A stretch of DNA of 64,000 nt from an uncultured Gemmatimonadaceae bacterium. GTDB lineage: Bacteria; Gemmatimonadota; Gemmatimonadetes; Gemmatimonadales; Gemmatimonadaceae. The notes below the pieces were generated by a model. That model ran no database searches and had not been told where the DNA came from. It saw only the letters and a list, made by a program, of their open reading frames with translations. Within the stretch, counting starts at the first letter, position 1. Every line of letters starts with the position of its first letter. The stretch covers positions 2,080,001 through 2,144,000 of the forward strand of contig CAVUDW010000002.1 of the NCBI GenBank assembly GCA_963740355.1, given 5' to 3'. The translations under genes were made by a program, and so were the position numbers. Below are positions 57,432 to 64,000 of the stretch, in pieces.

Positions 57432-60400
57432 ATGATCCGTCGCACGATCGTTCTTGCCTTCGCGCTTGGCCTCGCGCGTCCTGCCAGCGCGCAGGAAACG
57501 CTGCTGCTGCGCCAGCCCAGTGTCAGTGAGCGCCACATTGCGTTCGCCTATGCCAGCAACATCTGGATCGTTGATCGCGCCGGCGGCCAGGCACGCCGCC
57601 TCACCTCGTTCCAGGGCCAGTCGTCGCAGCCCAAGCTGTCACCTGATGGAAAGACCGTCGCCTTCACTGGCACCTATGCCGGGAATGCGGATGTCTACAC
57701 GGTGCCCGTCGATGGCGGTGAACCGACCCGACTCACCTGGCACCCGGGCGCCGATGCGGTCACCGGCTGGACTCCTGACGGTAAGCGCGTGGTCTTCGCC
57801 AGCACCCGCCAGTCGAGCGCGCCGTCGCCCACGCCGCGGTTCTGGACCATCTCGACCGACGGCGGCGCCGAAGAGCCGATGCCCATGCCTCGCGCCTTCC
57901 AGGGGCACATCAAGGCCACTGGCACCCATATCGCCTACCGCATGGCGAGTTCGTGGGACGACGAGCGTCGCAACTATCGCGGCGGCCAGAACAAGCCGAT
58001 CTGGGTCCTCGACCTGAAGTCGTTCGCGCTCGATACGATTCCGCGCCCGATCAACGCGAAGGAACTCGATCCGGCCTGGATCGGCGATGATGTGTTCTTC
58101 ATCTCCGATCGCGACGGCGTGCAGAACGTCTGGAAGTATGACGGTCGCACGAAGGCCGTCACGCAGATGACGAAGTTCACCGACTTCGATGTCAAGACGA
58201 TGGATGCGGGTGCCGGCGTCGTCGTCTTCGAGCAGGCGGGCAAGCTGCACCTGCTCGATCCGCGAACGGGCCGCGCCGCACCGGTGCCGATCACGGTGCG
58301 CGGCGATTTCCCGTGGATGATGCCGCAGTGGAAGGACGTGTCGACGCGCATCTCGGCGCTCGCGTTGTCGCCCACCGGCAAGCGTGCGCTGGTGGAGGCG
58401 CGCGGTGAAATCTTCACCATCCCCGCAGAGAAGGGCGATGTACGAAACCTCACGCACTCCAGTGGCAGTGCGGAACGTGCGCCGTCCTGGTCACCCGATG
58501 GCCGCTCGGTGAGCTGGTTCAGCGACGCATCAGGCGAATACAAGCTGATGATCGCGTCACAGGACGGACTCGGCGAGCCGCGTGCGATCGCATTGCCTGG
58601 CATGAGCTTTCCGTATACACCGGCCTGGTCGCCAGACTCGCGCAAGATCCTCTTCACGGACGTTGGACTCAAGCTGTGGGTCGTGGACGTCACGGCCGGC
58701 ACGGTGAAGAAGTACGATGGCGATCCATTCATGGTGCCGGCACGCACGATGGATCCCGTCTGGAGCCCCGATTCGAAGTGGATCGCGTTTGCGAAGCGCC
58801 TGCCGAGCTACTACCACGTCATCCAGGTGCTCAACACGGAGACGGGTGAGAGCAAGCAGCTCACCGACGGCCTGGCCGACGCGACGTCACCAGCGTGGGA
58901 TGCCAGTGGCAAGTACCTCTGGTTCCTTGCCAGCACCGACTTCGCGCTCCGTTCGCAGTGGCTCGACATGACGTCGTACGAGCGTCCGCGCACCAACGCG
59001 CTGTACGTCGCGGTGTTGAAGAACGGCGAACAGACGCCCTTCACGCCGGAAAGCGACGACGAGCCGTCGACACCGCCGACTCCAGTGCCGGCGGTCTTCG
59101 TGCCCAACAACGGCGCCACCCCTGCGACACCGACACCGGCGGTCACCACGCCGCGGACGCCGACCGTCAGCATCGATTTCGACGGCATTGCACGTCGCAT
59201 CATCGCCGTGCCAGGCGTCGCCGGCCGCGATTACGCACTGCTCAAGAGTGGCGCGAGTGGTACGGTGTTCTTCTGGGAGAACGTCGACGCCACCGGTCCG
59301 GCGGAACAGGCCGCGCCCGGTGGTCCGCTGTACCGCTACACGCTGAAGGATCGCAAGGCGGTACCGTTTGCGTCGGGTGTCGCAGCCTACACGCTCAGCG
59401 CCGATGGACGGAAGCTGCTCTATCGCACCGGTGGTCCGCAGGGCGCTCTGTTCCTTGTCGATGCTGCTGGCCCAACCGCACCGGCGCCGAACACTGGTCG
59501 ACTGGCGGCCACGCTGCGCATGTGGTGGGATCCGAAGCTCGAATACGCACAGATGTTCGAGGAAGCCCGCCGCAAGGTGCGCGACTATTTCTACGTGCCG
59601 AACCTCCATGGCACCGATTGGACGAAGGTCGTGTCGCAGTACCGTCAGTTCGTGCCGTTCGTCGCCAGCCGTGCCGACCTGAATTACCTGCTCGACTGGA
59701 TGGGCAGTGAACTGGCGATCGGTCACTCCTACGTCAACGGTGGCGACTTCCCCGATGTCCCTGCGGCCACCGGTGGCATGCTGGGCGCCGACATGATCGT
59801 GCGTGATGGACGCTACCAGTTCACGCGCATCTACGACGCCGAGAGCTGGAACCCCGATCTGCGTGCGCCGCTGGCAGCACCCGGCATCGACATCAAGCCG
59901 GGTGAATACCTCCTCGCCATCAATGGCGTCGAAGTGCGCGGCACCGACAACGTGTTCCGCTTCCTCGATGGCACCGCCAATCGACAGATCAACATCACCG
60001 TGAATTCGCGCCCCACGATGGAGGGGGCTCGTCGCTACACGATCGTGCCGGTCGCGAACGATCAAGGCCTCCGTACACGGGCGTGGGTCGAGGGGAATCG
60101 GCGCATCGTGGACTCGCTCTCGGGCGGCAAGCTGGCCTATGTGCACCTGCCGAACACAGGGCAGGGCGGCTACACGCAGTTCAATCGCTACTACTTCGCC
60201 CAGCAGAACAAGCAGGGCGCCGTGGTCGATGAGCGCTACAACGGCGGCGGGTCCGCAGCCGACTACATCATCGAGCTGCTCAGCCGTGACTTCGATGGCT
60301 ACTTCAACAACCCGGCCGGTGACCGTACGCCGTTCGCCAGCCCATCGGCTGGCATCTGGGGACCAAAGGTCATGATCATCAACGAGATGGCCGGATCGGG

Positions 60401-60746
60401 CGGTGACCTGATGCCGTACATGTTCCGCCGGCGCAAGATCGGACCGTTGGTGGGGGCACGCACCTGGGGAGGGCTGGTGGCGACGTCGGATCAGGCGCCG
60501 TTCGTGGACGGCGGCGGCATGGTCGCGCCGCGACTTGGCTTCTTCGATCGCGATGGCAAGTGGGCTGTCGAGAACGAAGGCGTCGGTCCAGACATCGATG
60601 TCGAAAACTTCCCGCGCGATGTCATTGCCGGTCGTGACCCGCAGCTCGAACGTGCGGTGCAGGAAGCGTTGCGTCTGCTCGCCGCCAACCCGGTGCGCCT
60701 GATGAAGGAGCCGCCCGGCGCGACGTGGGGCAAGCGCCCGCAGTAA
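57432..60746 (+). CDS. exported tricorn-like S41 protease (PD40 propellers, PDZ)
   Basis: Signal peptide; NYRGG, ELAIGH, DERYNGGG, AGSGGD, RTWGG, ENEGVGPD, DPQLERAV. Confidence 0.93.
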   Translation: MIRRTIVLAFALGLARPASAQETLLLRQPSVSERHIAFAYASNIWIVDRAGGQARRLTSFQGQSSQPKLSPDGKTVAFTGTYAGNADVYTVPVDGGEPTRLTWHPGADAVTGWTPDGKRVVFASTRQSSAPSPTPRFWTISTDGGAEEPMPMPRAFQGHIKATGTHIAYRMASSWDDERRNYRGGQNKPIWVLDLKSFALDTIPRPINAKELDPAWIGDDVFFISDRDGVQNVWKYDGRTKAVTQMTKFTDFDVKTMDAGAGVVVFEQAGKLHLLDPRTGRAAPVPITVRGDFPWMMPQWKDVSTRISALALSPTGKRALVEARGEIFTIPAEKGDVRNLTHSSGSAERAPSWSPDGRSVSWFSDASGEYKLMIASQDGLGEPRAIALPGMSFPYTPAWSPDSRKILFTDVGLKLWVVDVTAGTVKKYDGDPFMVPARTMDPVWSPDSKWIAFAKRLPSYYHVIQVLNTETGESKQLTDGLADATSPAWDASGKYLWFLASTDFALRSQWLDMTSYERPRTNALYVAVLKNGEQTPFTPESDDEPSTPPTPVPAVFVPNNGATPATPTPAVTTPRTPTVSIDFDGIARRIIAVPGVAGRDYALLKSGASGTVFFWENVDATGPAEQAAPGGPLYRYTLKDRKAVPFASGVAAYTLSADGRKLLYRTGGPQGALFLVDAAGPTAPAPNTGRLAATLRMWWDPKLEYAQMFEEARRKVRDYFYVPNLHGTDWTKVVSQYRQFVPFVASRADLNYLLDWMGSELAIGHSYVNGGDFPDVPAATGGMLGADMIVRDGRYQFTRIYDAESWNPDLRAPLAAPGIDIKPGEYLLAINGVEVRGTDNVFRFLDGTANRQINITVNSRPTMEGARRYTIVPVANDQGLRTRAWVEGNRRIVDSLSGGKLAYVHLPNTGQGGYTQFNRYYFAQQNKQGAVVDERYNGGGSAADYIIELLSRDFDGYFNNPAGDRTPFASPSAGIWGPKVMIINEMAGSGGDLMPYMFRRRKIGPLVGARTWGGLVATSDQAPFVDGGGMVAPRLGFFDRDGKWAVENEGVGPDIDVENFPRDVIAGRDPQLERAVQEALRLLAANPVRLMKEPPGATWGKRPQ

Positions 60747-60762
60747 TCAGCACGCAGACTGC

Positions 60763-60807
60763 AGACGCGCGGCGCATGGCCAACGACTGGTCATGCGCCG
60801 CGCGTCT
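60763..60807. terminator. long hairpin between convergent genes
   Basis: AGACGCGCGGCGCATGGCCA/TGGTCATGCGCCGCGCGTCT 20-bp stem. Confidence 0.75.
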
Positions 60808-60855
60808 CTGCGCACCCCGCGGTCACGCGATGGCGCACATCACTGCACTACCGCA

Positions 60856-61380
60856 TCACCGCCGCTGGTAGCGCACCTGCACCAGCCCGGTGGGATGACT
60901 CTCGGCGCCGGTCAGCAGCCATTGACTGCCCGGCAGGCCGCGGGTGAACAGCGGTCGCCCTGAGCCGAGCAACACCGGTACGATCGAAAGGGTCATGTCG
61001 TCGACAAGCGCCTCGTCGAGTCCCTGGCGGATGGTGGCGCCGCCGTCGAGGTACACTCGCTGCACGCCTTCACTGCCGAGGCGATCCATCAGCGGTGCCA
61101 GCGCGCCTGCGTACGCGGTTTCGCCGAACGCCGGTGTGAGCGGACGGTTCGTCAGCACGATCACTCGTTTGCCATCGAACGGCCAGGTGTCGAATGTTCG
61201 CACGGCGTCGTACGTCCCGCGGCCAAGCACCACGGTATCAACCGTGGCCATGAAGCCGCTGTAGCCATAGTCGCCGCCACCGGCGTCCTGCACGTCAGCG
61301 AGCCAATCGAGGCCCCCATCGTCAGCCGCAATGAAATTGTCGAGACTGGTGGCGATGTACACCGAGACGCGTGGACGCAC
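60856..61380 (-). CDS. dihydrofolate reductase-like (RibD C-terminal) protein
   Basis: YIATSLDNFIA, LGRGTY, YLDGG, PVLLGSGRPLF; AGGAG RBS before GTG. Confidence 0.88.
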   Translation of the reverse strand: MRPRVSVYIATSLDNFIAADDGGLDWLADVQDAGGGDYGYSGFMATVDTVVLGRGTYDAVRTFDTWPFDGKRVIVLTNRPLTPAFGETAYAGALAPLMDRLGSEGVQRVYLDGGATIRQGLDEALVDDMTLSIVPVLLGSGRPLFTRGLPGSQWLLTGAESHPTGLVQVRYQRR

Positions 61381-61538
61381 AGACTTCTCCTGACGAAACG
61401 ACCGCTGACGCAAGACGGTTTACGCGCCATCAAAGCTAATGCGATGTCACGCTCCATTCATCGCCGCTGGTGTGCCCCGGCGTGATGTTCCACCAGATTT
61501 GCAGTCACTTCACCCGTCACCCTCGAGCGTTTCTCCTC

Positions 61539-61892
61539 ATGCAGTTCCTTCTCATCGGGCTTGGCGCCGGCCTGCTCTCCGGCTTGTTCGGCATCGGCGG
61601 TGGCATCGTGATCGTGCCATTGCTCGTCTTCCTCGCACAGATGGCGCAGAAGACTGCCACCGGCACCTCGCTCGCCGCGCTCCTGCTGCCGGTCAGTGCG
61701 CTTGGCGCGTGGCAGTATTACAAGGCCGGTGCGATGGATACGCGAGCCGCACTGCTCATTGCACCGGGGCTCGCGATCGGCGCGCTGCTCGGCGCAAAAA
61801 TCGCGCTGCAACTGCCCTCGCGCGACTTGCAACGTGCCTTTGCCGTGTTCCTCTGCCTCGTGGCGGGCAGGATGTGGATGTCGGCGAAATGA
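61539..61892 (+). CDS. half-size TauE/SafE (TSUP) family membrane protein
   Basis: AGLLSGLFGIGGGIVIVP, ATGTSL, GALLGAKIA; 117 aa. Confidence 0.85.
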   Translation: MQFLLIGLGAGLLSGLFGIGGGIVIVPLLVFLAQMAQKTATGTSLAALLLPVSALGAWQYYKAGAMDTRAALLIAPGLAIGALLGAKIALQLPSRDLQRAFAVFLCLVAGRMWMSAK

Positions 61893-61947
61893 TCAGCGGC
61901 GATCGCACGGACCGCTGAGAGTCATCGTCGGACGCTGCGCGACCGCC

Positions 61948-63306
61948 TCAGCTGAGGCGGCGAAGTACTCGACGCACCTTCTCGACGATTTCACTCACCT
62001 GCGACTCGCTCACGATCAGTGGCGGTGACAGCGCAATGATCTCGCCGGTGATGCGCACCAGCAGGTCCTCGTTCCAGAAGCAGGCGTTCATGGCGTCCAT
62101 CGCACGCGCGCCCACCATCCCGTCGCGCGTCGTCATCTCGATCGCGCCGACGATGCCGATGTTGCGGATGTCGATCACGTGCGGTTCTCCCCTGAGGGAG
62201 TGCACCGCGTCTTGCCAGATGGGCGCCAGCGCAGCCGCGCGCTCGAAGATTCCCTCATCCCGATAGAGCTTCAAGGTTGCCAGTGCTGCGGCCGTGGCGA
62301 TCGGATGCCCAGAATACGTGTAGCCGTGGAACAACTCGATCCCACGCTCCGTCGCCGAGACCACCGTCTCGTAGATCTCGCGCCTGACGGCCGTGGCACC
62401 CATCGGAATGGTGGCGTTCGTGAGCCCCTTCGCCATCGTGAGGATGTCCGGTGCCACACCGAAATGCTGCGCCGCGAATGGCGCACCGAGGCGGCCAAAG
62501 CCGGTGATCACTTCATCGAAGATCAACAGGATGCCATGCTGGTCACAGATCGCGCGCAAGCGCTCGAGGTAGCCGACCGGTGGCACCAGCACGCCGGTTG
62601 ATCCTGCCATCGGCTCGATGATCACCGCGGCGATCGACGCCGCGCCAAACTCCGCGATGATCGGCAGCAACGCATCCGCCAGCTCCGCGCCAAACGCGGG
62701 CTGCCCCTGCGAGAACGCATTCCGTGCGAGGTCGTGCGTCGCCGGCATGTGGCTCACGTGTGGCAGTAGCTGCCCCGCGAATGCGTCCTTGTTCGGTGCG
62801 ATGCCGCCGACGGAAATGCCACCGAATCCAACGCCGTGATAGCCACGCATGCGCCCCACGAACCGTGTGCGCTCCGTCTGCCCGCGTGCACGCCAGTAGG
62901 CGAGGGCGATTTTCAGCGCGGTATCGACCGCTTCCGAGCCGGAATTCGAGAAGAAGACGCGATCCATCCCGCTCGGCAGCAACTGCGCGAGTTCGTTCGC
63001 CAGCGTGAAGGTCGCGGGATGCCCCATCTGGAAGGCCGGCGCGAAGTCGATCGTCGCCACCGACTTCTGCACCGCCTCGACGATCGGCGCCCGGCAGTGA
63101 CCTGCGTTCACGCACCAGAGCCCCGCCGCGCCGTCAAGGATCTGGCGGCCGTCATCGGCGGTGTAGTGCATGTCTTTTGCACTCACCAGCAACCGAGGCT
63201 TGGCCTTGAACGCCTTGTTGGCGGTGAAGGGCATCCACAGTGCGTCCAGTGCGTCATCGTGCGCTGGCGTGGTGGCAGCAGTCGGCAGCGGAGCGGTCGC
63301 GGTCAT
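61948..63306 (-). CDS. class III omega-amino acid:pyruvate aminotransferase
   Basis: WMPFTAN, GLWCVNAGH, SGSEAVDTALK, FDEVITGFGR, AKGLT, FHGYTYSGHP. Confidence 0.93.
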   Translation of the reverse strand: MTATAPLPTAATTPAHDDALDALWMPFTANKAFKAKPRLLVSAKDMHYTADDGRQILDGAAGLWCVNAGHCRAPIVEAVQKSVATIDFAPAFQMGHPATFTLANELAQLLPSGMDRVFFSNSGSEAVDTALKIALAYWRARGQTERTRFVGRMRGYHGVGFGGISVGGIAPNKDAFAGQLLPHVSHMPATHDLARNAFSQGQPAFGAELADALLPIIAEFGAASIAAVIIEPMAGSTGVLVPPVGYLERLRAICDQHGILLIFDEVITGFGRLGAPFAAQHFGVAPDILTMAKGLTNATIPMGATAVRREIYETVVSATERGIELFHGYTYSGHPIATAAALATLKLYRDEGIFERAAALAPIWQDAVHSLRGEPHVIDIRNIGIVGAIEMTTRDGMVGARAMDAMNACFWNEDLLVRITGEIIALSPPLIVSESQVSEIVEKVRRVLRRLS

Positions 63307-63431
63307 CGGCAAGTCCGGGAAGGGGAGGCCCCCAAAGATCACTCAGGTATCGCCGCACTGCTACCTGATCGACCACCTGCTGCCCAGGTGTCGACAGTCC
63401 GCCCCGCGCTCCCCGAGCTGCCTCGCCTGCG

Positions 63432-64000
63432 CTAGAGCTTCGTGACGCCGGCGCGACCCTGTTCGCATCGCCATGACGACGCCGTGACCTTCGGCGCCCC
63501 AGGTCGCGACACGTAGTCCACGATCTGGTAGTCAGCGCGCCACGCGTCCGGCGTCACGGTGCACGACACGTAGCCACGGCGGTTGTTGTGCCACCGGACC
63601 TCAGGCTTCTTCGCTGCGGCCGCTTCGCTGAAGTACGGTGAACGTTCGCTCCCGTCACCTTCTGACGAAATCGACGTGCCCACGAACTCGGTGGCGATCA
63701 CGGGACGGTCGGGCCGATCGAATCCCCGGCGGACATCCTGCACATAGTTGCTGTGAATGTCGCCCGTGATGACGACCGTGCGGCCGGCCGCGCGCTCCGC
63801 AATCGCCGTCAGCAGGCGGTCGCGTGCCTTCGGGTAGCCACTCCACACGTCCATGTAGACCGGATCGCCTTTCTTCGGTGCCGTCGTCTCCGGCGCGAAC
63901 ATGATCTGCTGAGCCAGCACCTGCCACTTCGCCCGTGACGCCGCGAGGCCATCCACCAGCCAGCGCTCCTGTGCACTGCCCAGCATCGTGGCCGTCGGTG
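63432..64000 (-). CDS. phoD: alkaline phosphatase D family protein, 5'-truncated by window end
   Basis: MLGSAQERWL, DVWSGY...R, TGDIH, EFVGTSISS, RGY. Confidence 0.9.
   Translation of the reverse strand, partial: PTATMLGSAQERWLVDGLAASRAKWQVLAQQIMFAPETTAPKKGDPVYMDVWSGYPKARDRLLTAIAERAAGRTVVITGDIHSNYVQDVRRGFDRPDRPVIATEFVGTSISSEGDGSERSPYFSEAAAAKKPEVRWHNNRRGYVSCTVTPDAWRADYQIVDYVSRPGAPKVTASSWRCEQGRAGVTKL

Overview
High-GC bacterial chromosomal window of about 50 genes; a Gemmatimonadota origin is inferred from gene content only. Housekeeping and metabolic genes include glnK-amtB, tilS-hpt-ftsH-folP, selO, a Nit1-like amidase, an omega-aminotransferase and partial phoD. Many exported hydrolases are present: M20, two M28, tricorn S41, a HEXXH/PD40 protein, an SxxK hydrolase and a lipoprotein alpha-amylase. 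A tightly coupled type II secretion cluster has a circularly permuted order (H-I-J-K-L-M-C?-D-E-F-G) and is followed directly by a Tat-signal DUF1800/DUF1501 pair and an Ig/cupredoxin-like lipoprotein. The most unusual structure is near the start: a GxxExxY PD-(D/E)XK-type nuclease gene (1098-1493) sits between one diverged inverted copy (969-1048) and a tandem array of 2+ copies (1514-1698) of a ~77-bp hairpin-containing unit. This resembles a REP/RAYT element but with a different nuclease. Other observations: a 57-aa membrane microprotein missing from the ORF track (9078-9251, minus), a Thermus-type PII lacking Tyr51/Gln39, a frameshifted APC permease upstream of an AKR-Rid fusion, and a cupredoxin fold lacking all type-1 copper ligands. 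No rRNA, tRNA, CRISPR array or recognisable transposase was seen.
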